From Candidatus Heimdallarchaeota archaeon (lineage in GTDB: Archaea > Asgardarchaeota > Heimdallarchaeia > Heimdallarchaeales > Heimdallarchaeaceae): 29,348 bases of DNA. Below are positions 10,529 to 18,650 of the stretch, in pieces. The position numbers were made by a program, and so were the translations under genes. The notes beneath the pieces are model-generated. The model was not told the origin of the DNA, made no database searches, and saw only the letters and a list, made by a program, of their open reading frames with translations. Positions within the stretch are counted from its first letter, which is position 1. Each line of letters begins with the position of its first letter. The stretch lies in the NCBI GenBank assembly GCA_021399395.1, contig JAAFKJ010000134.1, positions 1-29,348 on the forward strand. The letters are read 5' to 3'.

Positions 10529-11886
10529 AGCAAATCCTCCAGTTCAGGAACTAGTTTCACAAAATGAGCATAAATCAGCTGCCTTAGAAGTAAACGTTTG
10601 TATCTAGCTGTTCCCCTAACATCATCAATTGGGCTGATTTCTGAGTCCGCTATTCTGGCTGCTTCTTTGACTACATCAGCTGTTATCTCTTTATCCTCGA
10701 GATATTGACATGTTTTCTCTAAATACATCGGTATCGGTCCAATACCTCCACCTGAGAGATGTGGTTCTGTTATTTTATTATCTTTATATTTCATTGAAAA
10801 TGCACTATTCACACTAGCAATATCCATGTGCATTCTCTTGGCAACTTTTTCAAAGGATAAAATCCTCTTCTCATTTTTGATTCTAAACCATTCCAATATT
10901 TCCCCATCCTCTAGATCTAGAATCTTGTATCCTTTGAACAAATCTTTCAGTTTGATAATTCTCCTCTCTTCTCCCAACAATAGACCAATGTCTGCATCCA
11001 ACGCAAGGAAGTATATAGTAAGATCTCCAATTGGAGATGCATTAACAACATTTCCTCCTATAGTAGCTTGTTGTCTGATGGGAAGGGAAGATACATTTGA
11101 AAGATGACTAGCTGTGTCAAATAAAGTGTTAAGCTCGTTGGAAATACGAATGGATTCTATATCCGCAGCGGCTCCAACAAAAATGTAATTATCATCTGAC
11201 CAGATTTTATCAAAACCGAGTTCAGATAAGAAGACAGGATCTTGAATGACTATGTTTCGATGAACAAATAAGTCGGTCCCTCCAGCAATATAGGTTCCTT
11301 TTTTCAATTTTGGCTGGATTTGAATTTTCTTCAGCATTTCTGGAATCTCGAGAAAGTATGACGGTAAATACTCTGCACTAACAAGTGCGGAAATTCTTCC
11401 TTTGGAATAATCTAAAGTTGCTATCTTCCTATTTGCAGAATCAGCTGCTCGGAGAATAGATTTATAACCAGTACATCTGCAGATGTTCCCCTCAATAGCT
11501 GTAATGATATCTGTGTTTATTAGATTCTCATTCATGAAGTAGGCCATTAGAGCAACTACAAAACCAGGAGTACAGAAACCGCATTGAGAACCACCTTCAT
11601 CAACTATTGCTTGCTGAACAGGATTTAGTTTCTCTAGATTTAACCCTTCAATCGTCACGACATGTTTCCCTGTTATTTTCCCTAATGGAAGCATGCATGA
11701 ATTAATTGCTTTGTAGATAACCTTATCGTCCTTGAGTTCTCCAACTAGAACCATGCAAGCTCCACAATCGCCTTCATGACACCCCTCTTTTACTCCTTTG
11801 ATCCCATTTTTTCTTAAAAAATCAAGTGTATGCAAACTAGGTGATTCATTAGTTTCCATTATTTCTCGATTGAGTATGAATTTCAT
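10525..11886 (-). CDS. xdhA: Xanthine dehydrogenase small subunit (2x[2Fe-2S] + FAD)
   Basis: KEGCHEGDCGAC, QCGFCTPG, GNICRCTGY, AGGTDL, ATIGGNVVNASPIGD and SPIDDVRGTA motifs; ATGA overlaps with both neighbours. Confidence 0.95.
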   Translation of the reverse strand: MKFILNREIMETNESPSLHTLDFLRKNGIKGVKEGCHEGDCGACMVLVGELKDDKVIYKAINSCMLPLGKITGKHVVTIEGLNLEKLNPVQQAIVDEGGSQCGFCTPGFVVALMAYFMNENLINTDIITAIEGNICRCTGYKSILRAADSANRKIATLDYSKGRISALVSAEYLPSYFLEIPEMLKKIQIQPKLKKGTYIAGGTDLFVHRNIVIQDPVFLSELGFDKIWSDDNYIFVGAAADIESIRISNELNTLFDTASHLSNVSSLPIRQQATIGGNVVNASPIGDLTIYFLALDADIGLLLGEERRIIKLKDLFKGYKILDLEDGEILEWFRIKNEKRILSFEKVAKRMHMDIASVNSAFSMKYKDNKITEPHLSGGGIGPIPMYLEKTCQYLEDKEITADVVKEAARIADSEISPIDDVRGTARYKRLLLRQLIYAHFVKLVPELEDLL

Positions 11887-13097
11887 TCTTCAAACCTTTT
11901 GATGACTTCTTGAATTGTGAATGTTGTTTTACTAATCGCCCCTTTAACTGCATTTACATCTTTAAGGCCATTTCCAGTAATAACTAGACAAACAGTATCT
12001 GTTTTAGTAATTTTCTCTTCGTAAATAAGTTTTTTCAGTCCTCCATATGGAACAGCACCTGCTGGTTCTGCAAAGATTCCAGTGATTTTTCCTAGATCTT
12101 TAATCGCATCAATAATCTCTTCATCTGTAAGAGAAATGTAATATCCACCACTTGCTTCAACATAAGTACATGCCTTTATGACATCTCTGGGTTTCCCCAC
12201 AGATATGCTATCTGCTACAGTGCTTCCATCAATTGAAATAGGTTTGTAAGGTTTACCTTTGTCAAAAACTTCCTTGATTGCAGGAATACCTGCAGCTTGA
12301 ACACCTATTATTTTAGGAATTTTATCTGTTAGTCCTATCTCTTTAAACTCCCAGAAACCTTTGTAAAGAGAACTAACAACAGTTCCATCTCCAACCCCAA
12401 TAAGAACATAATCTGGCACATTGAAGTCGTTTTGAATAATAATTTCAAATGCTCCTGTCTTCTTACCTTCTAGAAGGTACGGATTAATTGCAGCATGTCT
12501 ACAATACCAACCCTTCTTTAAACCAAGTTCTAGAGAGAAATCGTAGACTTCATCATAAGTTCCTTCAACAGCATACACTTCTGCACCAGAAATTTCAAGT
12601 TGAGTCCTTTTACCATCAGGAATTGCAGCAGGAACGAAAATATATGTTTCCATGTCAGTATGAGCGTTAAGCATAGCTAAAGATGAAGCAGCATTCCCAG
12701 TTGACGCACAGAACAGAATGTCATTCCCCTCATCAAGAGCTTTATTTATAGCAATAGAGCTAGCACGATCTTTGTAAGAACTAGAAGGATTAGAACCATC
12801 ATATTTTATGAGAACATCCTTAATACCAAACAGATCGAATTTATACAAAGGCGTACCACCTACATAGTCATCGAGTTTCAGTTTTGATTTAGTAGGTAGC
12901 AAGAAATCAAATTGATACATTGAAGCCTTCTTATCAAACTTTTTCTCCTTTAAAGCTGCATCATTTTTGATTGATTCATAATCATAGACTACTTCTAAAG
13001 TTCCCATTATTTTTCCACAGTCTTCACAGTAATAGAGACCTGGTTGGGGTTCAAATTCCTTTTTACAAGTTATACATCTTAATATGTAATTATTCAT
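11883..13097 (-). CDS. thrC: Threonine synthase-like fold-type II PLP enzyme (substrate uncertain)
   Basis: N-terminal CxxC...CxxC, NPSSSYKDR (PLP lysine), ASTGNA, GVGDGT, FAEPAGA and ITGNGLKD. The family is clear; the function may differ from threonine synthesis. Confidence 0.75.
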   Translation of the reverse strand: MNNYILRCITCKKEFEPQPGLYYCEDCGKIMGTLEVVYDYESIKNDAALKEKKFDKKASMYQFDFLLPTKSKLKLDDYVGGTPLYKFDLFGIKDVLIKYDGSNPSSSYKDRASSIAINKALDEGNDILFCASTGNAASSLAMLNAHTDMETYIFVPAAIPDGKRTQLEISGAEVYAVEGTYDEVYDFSLELGLKKGWYCRHAAINPYLLEGKKTGAFEIIIQNDFNVPDYVLIGVGDGTVVSSLYKGFWEFKEIGLTDKIPKIIGVQAAGIPAIKEVFDKGKPYKPISIDGSTVADSISVGKPRDVIKACTYVEASGGYYISLTDEEIIDAIKDLGKITGIFAEPAGAVPYGGLKKLIYEEKITKTDTVCLVITGNGLKDVNAVKGAISKTTFTIQEVIKRFEE

Positions 13098-14173
13098 CTA
13101 AGCACTCCATAAATTGCATCTACAGGACAACGAGATTCACACAATCCGCAGTGTATGCATTTCTCTTTATCCACAACAATATTTTCTTCAGCTGCTGAAA
13201 GAGCTCTAGCAGGACAGATTTTAACACAGAGCATACACATGGTACATTTTTCATTGAAAGAAGGATGATTATCAACAGCAGTATCTATGGCTTTGAACAA
13301 GGTAGTTTTTCTAACTTGTCTAATTTCCTCAATTGATGCGAAGCCGTACTTCTCAAGTGCTTTTGGGAGATCTTTAACTATCTTATCATACAATCCTCTT
13401 CCTCTAATCAATGCAGAGGAGAGCATTTGAACAAGATCAGCACCAGCGAGGATAAATTCTAAAACATCCTCAGCTTTTCCAATTCCTCCCACACCAATTA
13501 TAGGTATGTCAGGAAAAGCTTTTCTTATATTGTAAATCCTGTGAAGAGCTATTGGTTTAATTGCTGGACCACTCATCCAAATTTGTTCAGCTAGAAGTAC
13601 TGAACGTGCTTCTAGATCAATAGCTGTTCCTGGACCGAGAGAGTTAATGGCAACAATTCCAGTAGCACCAGCATCAATGACGGTTTTTACAAAACCAAGA
13701 AAATCATCGATATGGGGGCTAAGTTTCATGAAGATAGGCTTGTCAGTGATTTCTCTAATACTTCTGACTATTCCAGGAAGAAGATCCTCAGAAACATAAT
13801 GGGTAGATATTTCAAACATGTCTGCAAAAGGATCAAGTTTTGGGATGAGATATCTGAAATCTTCCTCTTTGTAACCTGCACTAATAACTATGAGTTTCTT
13901 TTTCTCTTTATGAATTGCTGGAAGGATCTCATTTATCCATTCATCTGAATGCAATTCAGACCAAAGCTCACAATTGTAAATGGTATTAGTAGTTCCAGCA
14001 ATGCAAGGTTTAGGAACAATAGCTCCTTCTACTGAAATTGTTTTGGCTACATTGTAACCACATAAATTGTCATTGAAAAACTGCATATTTTCTAGACCTT
14101 CAACGATAGGTCCAGCAGCAGGTCCGAGGGGATTTTCAAAATGCAAACCCAGAATATTAACTGACAAGTCCAT
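13094..14173 (-). CDS. Dihydroorotate/dihydropyrimidine dehydrogenase (PreA-like) FMN barrel with C-terminal 2x[4Fe-4S] ferredoxin domain
   Basis: NPLGPAAGP, AKTI, MKLSP, AINS, SGPAIKPIAL, IIGVGGI, GADLVQ; CTMCMLCVKICP and CIHCGLCESRCP. The active-site loop reads EISTHY rather than N-x-S-C-P. Confidence 0.85.
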   Translation of the reverse strand: MDLSVNILGLHFENPLGPAAGPIVEGLENMQFFNDNLCGYNVAKTISVEGAIVPKPCIAGTTNTIYNCELWSELHSDEWINEILPAIHKEKKKLIVISAGYKEEDFRYLIPKLDPFADMFEISTHYVSEDLLPGIVRSIREITDKPIFMKLSPHIDDFLGFVKTVIDAGATGIVAINSLGPGTAIDLEARSVLLAEQIWMSGPAIKPIALHRIYNIRKAFPDIPIIGVGGIGKAEDVLEFILAGADLVQMLSSALIRGRGLYDKIVKDLPKALEKYGFASIEEIRQVRKTTLFKAIDTAVDNHPSFNEKCTMCMLCVKICPARALSAAEENIVVDKEKCIHCGLCESRCPVDAIYGVLR

Positions 14174-15466
14174 TTAAGCAACACCTAACCTTTCCCATAG
14201 GGCTTTAGAAGCAATATGAGCATTCTTATATAATTTTTTCTCATCAAGAATACTCTCGTAATCCTCGATGAGTGTTTTTCCTTTAACTATGACGTCTGAG
14301 GGTTTGAAATTATCAAACAATCCATAGAAGACATGACCAAAAGCATTGCGTTCATTCATGTTGGTAGGGTTAAGATAAGGAACTAAAACCAAATCAGCAA
14401 CATATCCTTGCTTGATTTTGCCGATTTTTATCCCCATTCTTCGACCGAAGTATTCATACGAACCAATGATGTATTTTAGTAATTCGTCAAAACCAATTCC
14501 TGCTGCATTATTGATTCCAGCTTTACCAGCAAAGAAGAAGTATGTCCATTCTTTAGCTATATTTGTCCCCAATCCATCATTACCAATAAGAATCTGAATG
14601 TTTTTGTCTCTGAATAGATCAATGTTGAATGAACCAACAGCGTTGTTCATATTGGAAGTAGGATTAAGCGCGATAACAGCTTTGTTTTGACTAATGAATT
14701 TGGCTTCATCTTCGTTGATGTGCACACAATGGGCGAGGATGGAATCTTTATTCAAAAGACCGTAGTTGAGATAACGGTTGACAACCCTCATCCTGTATTT
14801 GTCAATAGAATCCTCTTCATCCTCTATACTCTCAGCTACATGAACATGAATGGGGGCACCTTTGAGAACTCTAGAAACTTTATCAAGAGTTTCTTCAGAA
14901 AGACTCATAGAAGCATGAAGGCCAAACATACCTTTAGCGTCAAAAGAATCATATTTCAGTCCTGCTAGGTTTTCTTCAATACATTCTGTAATATTAAAAC
15001 GATCACTAGTCTCAAAGCAGAATATTCCTCGCATACCGAGTTTGTCAACAATAGCTCTTTTTAGAGCATCAAGACTGCCAGTAATATCTATTCCGCTAGC
15101 ATGATGATCAATTAAGGAAGTAACTCCATTCTTAAGAGATTCTAACCCATAAACCATTGCACTGTGGTAGGTCGAAGTATTATCTAATTTGCTGTCAAAC
15201 TTCCACCAAAGTTGTTCCAAAATGTCTCTAAAGGTTCTTGGAAGGAAAGGAATAGCGGCTCCTCGAACAAGAGTAGAATAGATATGAGTGTGAAAATTAA
15301 TTAAACCAGGAAGAAGAATCTTACCCTTACCATCTATGATCTCACCATCAAAATCAGGAAAAAGGATCATCTCTCCAACTTCGAGGATTTCTTTGCCATA
15401 TATACAATAACCGTTTTCGATATAGGTTTCATAATCATAGATTTTAACATTGATTATAGCCTTCAT
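14174..15466 (-). CDS. ssnA: SsnA-like metal-dependent amidohydrolase
   Basis: PGLINFHTHIYS, LEQLWWKFD, GVTSLIDHHAS, CFETSDR, GLHASMSL, HVHVAES, AHCVH and NPTSNMNNAVG match SsnA-type motifs. The ORF track starts at 15490; ATG 15466 (MKAII) is likelier. Confidence 0.8.
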   Translation of the reverse strand: MKAIINVKIYDYETYIENGYCIYGKEILEVGEMILFPDFDGEIIDGKGKILLPGLINFHTHIYSTLVRGAAIPFLPRTFRDILEQLWWKFDSKLDNTSTYHSAMVYGLESLKNGVTSLIDHHASGIDITGSLDALKRAIVDKLGMRGIFCFETSDRFNITECIEENLAGLKYDSFDAKGMFGLHASMSLSEETLDKVSRVLKGAPIHVHVAESIEDEEDSIDKYRMRVVNRYLNYGLLNKDSILAHCVHINEDEAKFISQNKAVIALNPTSNMNNAVGSFNIDLFRDKNIQILIGNDGLGTNIAKEWTYFFFAGKAGINNAAGIGFDELLKYIIGSYEYFGRRMGIKIGKIKQGYVADLVLVPYLNPTNMNERNAFGHVFYGLFDNFKPSDVIVKGKTLIEDYESILDEKKLYKNAHIASKALWERLGVA

Positions 15467-15581
15467 GGTTTTACTACGCTTTACTTTCATATGAATTTTG
15501 TCTTTTTGGTGGTTAATGGAAATTGTTAATTGAGGTAATTTTGAACTAAAGGGGAAATTTTTTTATTTCCAATTACTATAG

Positions 15582-15617
15582 TACACGATTCGATAATTTT
15601 CGTGTAAATATACACGA
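15582..15617. promoter_or_regulatory. Triple alternating heptamer (TACACGA / TCGTGTA / TACACGA) forming overlapping inverted repeats; candidate operator
   Basis: TACACGA at 15582-15588, TCGTGTA at 15600-15606 and TACACGA at 15611-15617, in the divergent intergenic region. Confidence 0.45.
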
Positions 15618-15648
15618 GATAATTGAATAATCAAAATAGGTTATTATT

Positions 15649-17388
15649 ATGAAAAAGAAAAATAACAAAAGTAAAATTTTTATGGGCTTAAGTATTCTTA
15701 TAATTTGTTTTTTAATAAGCGCTTCTTCACTTAATATAACTAGCACAAATGCTCTAGTAGAGGAAAAAAATAATCAGTACAACACAGATTCCACTAATGG
15801 TTTTATTTGGGAATTGAATACAACGGAAGTAGTTTCCACAGAAAGTTCTGGAAAATCTTATCATCCATCCCAAACCATTGATTCTATAGGGAATGTGCAT
15901 GTAACGTGGGATGATCAAACTGCTTTCTCAGGCTCTGGCTCAGATTATGATATTTTCTACAAAAAATGGAACAAATTAACTTCTTCGTGGACTACGACAG
16001 AGGTTGTTTCTACTGGGAGTACACTTTCCTCTGCCAATCCTTCCATTGCTGTTGATGATGCATGGAATGTACATATAGCGTGGGAAGATTTGACTACGGG
16101 ATATTGGGAGATTTTCTACAGACGCTGGAACGCTTCTACCTTCTCTTGGACTGCGACAGAAGTGGTTTCAACAGAGAGTATAGTTGCTGCTTTTCATCCG
16201 TCTCTTGCTGTAGATACTTTAGGGAATGTCCATATTGCTTGGCAAGATTCTGGAGGAAATTATGATATATGGTATAAATGTTGGAACGCTTCTATCTCCA
16301 CGTGGACTACGACAGAAGTGGTTTCAACAGAGAGTACAACAGAATCTGGCTATCCCGCACTTACTACAGATGCTGTTGGGAATATTCACGTAACCTGGCA
16401 TGATCTTACTAATTATCTAGGTGCCGGAACAGAATATGATATTTTCTATAAACGCAGAGACGCTTCTACATCCTTATGGACTACGACAGAAGTGGTTTCC
16501 ACTGAGAGTACAGCGAACTCTATCTATCCCGCTCTTACTACCGATGCTGCTGGGATTGTACATATAGTATGGCAAGATTCAACTAATTATACTAATTGTG
16601 GTACCGATTCAGATATTTTCTATAAATATTGGAACGCTTCTATCTCCTCGTGGACTGCGACAGAAGTGGTTTCTACAGAGAGTACAGGAACTTCTTTTTG
16701 GCCTTCTCTTGATACAGATGCTGCCGGGAAAGTAAATATAGTATGGCAAGATTCAACTGATTATGCTGGGAATGGAACAGATTGGGATATTTTCTATAAG
16801 AACAGAGACACTTCTTCCTTCTTATGGACTATGACAGAAGTGGTTTCAACAGAAAGCACAGGTGATTCTTACTATCCTTCGATTAATGTCGGTGATACTG
16901 GTTGTGATTATCATGTTGTATGGTATGATACTACAGATTACGAAGGTGCTGGAGCAGATATCGATATTTTCTATAAAGGTACAACAGTTGATTTTTCATC
17001 TCCTTCAATTGATGATGTTACTTATTTTCCTTCAGAACCCACTTTTGATGATCAGATAACTATTAGTGCAACTGTTACCGATAATGTTGAAGTTCATAAC
17101 GTTACTCTTTATTATAATGTTGATGGAGGTTCATGGTTTAGTGCTTCCATGATTGCTTCAGAGACGATATACAGTGTTATTATTGGTCCTTTTGCCGCAG
17201 GTTCAACCATAGATTACTACCTTATTGCTTATGATATCAGTGGTAATAGTGCCCAGAGTTCCATAATGGATTTTGAAATAGCTCCTATTGTTGAAGAATT
17301 TGGTATAATTTCCAGTTTGATACTTGGTACCCTTGCCATCTCAGTAGTTATCATGAAAATTCGCAAGAAAAATTCTAAACCGAACTAG
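15649..17388 (+). CDS. Membrane-anchored surface protein: seven 52-60 aa repeats (probable beta-propeller), Ig-like domain, PEF-CTERM-like anchor
   Basis: Signal peptide; 7x W-T-x-TEVVSTES...PSLAVD..GNVH(I/V)xW.D...DIFYK; Ig-like ISATVTDNVEVHNVTLYY; IVEEFG + TM + basic tail. Confidence 0.85.
   Translation: MKKKNNKSKIFMGLSILIICFLISASSLNITSTNALVEEKNNQYNTDSTNGFIWELNTTEVVSTESSGKSYHPSQTIDSIGNVHVTWDDQTAFSGSGSDYDIFYKKWNKLTSSWTTTEVVSTGSTLSSANPSIAVDDAWNVHIAWEDLTTGYWEIFYRRWNASTFSWTATEVVSTESIVAAFHPSLAVDTLGNVHIAWQDSGGNYDIWYKCWNASISTWTTTEVVSTESTTESGYPALTTDAVGNIHVTWHDLTNYLGAGTEYDIFYKRRDASTSLWTTTEVVSTESTANSIYPALTTDAAGIVHIVWQDSTNYTNCGTDSDIFYKYWNASISSWTATEVVSTESTGTSFWPSLDTDAAGKVNIVWQDSTDYAGNGTDWDIFYKNRDTSSFLWTMTEVVSTESTGDSYYPSINVGDTGCDYHVVWYDTTDYEGAGADIDIFYKGTTVDFSSPSIDDVTYFPSEPTFDDQITISATVTDNVEVHNVTLYYNVDGGSWFSASMIASETIYSVIIGPFAAGSTIDYYLIAYDISGNSAQSSIMDFEIAPIVEEFGIISSLILGTLAISVVIMKIRKKNSKPN
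15988..16860 (+). repeat. Intragenic coding repeats with a near-identical DNA core TGGACT(A/G)CGACAGAAGTGGTTTC
   Basis: Cores at 15988, 16147, 16303, 16477, 16651 and 16825 (spacing 159, 156, 174, 174, 174). Confidence 0.85.
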
Positions 17389-17412
17389 TTCAAACTAGTT
17401 CTTACTTTTTTT
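17382..17412 (+). terminator. Hairpin GAACTAGT-TCAA-ACTAGTTC overlapping the stop codon, followed by a T-tract
   Basis: Perfect 8-9 bp inverted repeat at 17382-17401, then TTACTTTTTTT. Related copies at 18513, 20124 and 20285. Confidence 0.6.
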
Positions 17413-17611
17413 AATTTTATATCGGGAATTTCGTTTTAATTTTCATTTGAATTTTACCTTTTTTGATAGCCTAAGAAGATTATTGGTTCTTGGCAAATTA
17501 AATTAAAGAAAAACCACACAAAAAAGAAGAGTTTGAAGAATAACTTCTACTAAAAAGAGTTTGATTAGAGTAGTAGAAATTCTTGTGCTATAGTGTTTTA
17601 TATCAAGCATT

Positions 17612-18187
17612 CTAGAAATCAAAAGCATTTATCTCTTCCAGTTTTTTGTATGTATTTTCAACAGCTTCAAATACTTGCTTTTCATTTTTTGCTCCTGTAC
17701 AGACAAGATTTCCAGATTGAAATAGGAGCAGAACCGTCTTAGGCTCTTTTAATCTAAAGATTAATCCAGGGAATTGTTCTGGTTCATACATACTTTGGTC
17801 AAGCCAAAGAGCAATAAGCTCGAGATTCAACTGTTTGTGATTGAAATTTCCTGAAGCAACTATATTGTGTATAATGATTTCAGGTTCTTCAGTAATTATT
17901 GTTCCTACAGACCTAAGTATCTTAGAAATTTTCTTCACTCCTTTAGTTATATCATCTGTTGTCTTACCTCCAGTAATTACTAATTTGCCAGAATAGAAAA
18001 TAAGACAGGAAATTTTAGGATCTTTTATTTTAAGTATCACCCCAGGAAATCTGTCAGGATTATAATCTATATACAATTCTTCTTCATCAATAAGCAACTG
18101 ATAAATATTCACAAGATCTATTGTAGTAAACAAATCTACAGCAGCAACAATGTTTTGAATATTTATACCAAATTCGTATTTTGTCAT
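17612..18187 (-). CDS. tbp: TATA-box binding protein (archaeal TBP; possibly a secondary paralog)
   Basis: Two TBP repeats: IQNIVA...YNPDRFPGV...LIFYSGKLVITG and IHNIVASG...YEPEQFPGL...LLFQSGNLVCTGAK. Confidence 0.95.
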   Translation of the reverse strand: MTKYEFGINIQNIVAAVDLFTTIDLVNIYQLLIDEEELYIDYNPDRFPGVILKIKDPKISCLIFYSGKLVITGGKTTDDITKGVKKISKILRSVGTIITEEPEIIIHNIVASGNFNHKQLNLELIALWLDQSMYEPEQFPGLIFRLKEPKTVLLLFQSGNLVCTGAKNEKQVFEAVENTYKKLEEINAFDF

Positions 18188-18402
18188 CTCAAATCATTTT
18201 AATATTTATTGATAGATTTTTAGCATAATAAAAATTGTAAACCTAATGTAAGTGTTTGGTTGTGTACAGAATTAAAATGGAACAAAACAATAAGTTTGAA
18301 TTAACGAGTAATTTTCCTCTTGAGAATTTCCGATTCCTCCACGCTTGTAATTGGATTATAATTTTATTTTTATATTCTAACATCTATTGATAACTTTCAT
18401 GA

Positions 18403-18519
18403 TTTTATGAATTACCTCATGTCAGAGAATTTGGTATAATATCAAGTCTGATACTGGGTGCGTTTATAATTTTCCTTGTAATATTGAGGAAACGTAAAAT
18501 TAAATCAAAAGCGAACTAG
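18403..18519 (+). pseudogene. Orphan C-terminal remnant (anchor + TM + basic tail) of a surface-protein paralog
   Basis: Translates as FYELPHVREFGIISSLILGAFIIFLVILRKRKIKSKAN*, against ...APIVEEFGIISSLILGTLAISVVIMKIRKKNSKPN* for 15649..17388. In-frame TGA at 18400-18402 and no ATG in the remnant. Confidence 0.8.
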
Positions 18520-18543
18520 TTAATTCTAGTTCTCACTCTTTTT
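18513..18543 (+). terminator. Hairpin GAACTAG-TTAATT-CTAGTTC with T-rich tract
   Basis: 7-bp inverted repeat overlapping the remnant's TAG, with the same geometry as 17382. Confidence 0.55.
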
Positions 18544-18552
18544 CATCTTTGA

Positions 18553-18650
18553 TTTCTAGAAAATGTTTTTATTTCAAACGCTTAATGTTAACAATTTGAA
18601 AATTTCATTAATCTTGGACGAAATTAATACTGAATAGGGTTATTATGATG
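18553..18650 (+). repeat. About 100-bp duplicated promoter/leader, copy 1
   Basis: TTTCTAGAAAATGTTTTTATT...GCTTAATGTTAACAATTTGAAAATTTC...CTTGGACGA...GGTTATTATG aligns with 20158-20262 and contains a BRE/TATA-like GAAAATG-TTTTTATT. Confidence 0.8.

Noticed and set aside
15988-16860. Regularly spaced ~23-bp repeats resembling a CRISPR array
   Set aside because: The period of 156-174 bp is a multiple of 3, lies inside an ORF, the intervening sequences are homologous to each other, and no cas genes are present.
18403-18519. Remnant as a diversity-generating retroelement template repeat
   Set aside because: Differences from unit 1 are not confined to adenines, the region encodes a TM anchor, and no reverse transcriptase is in the window.
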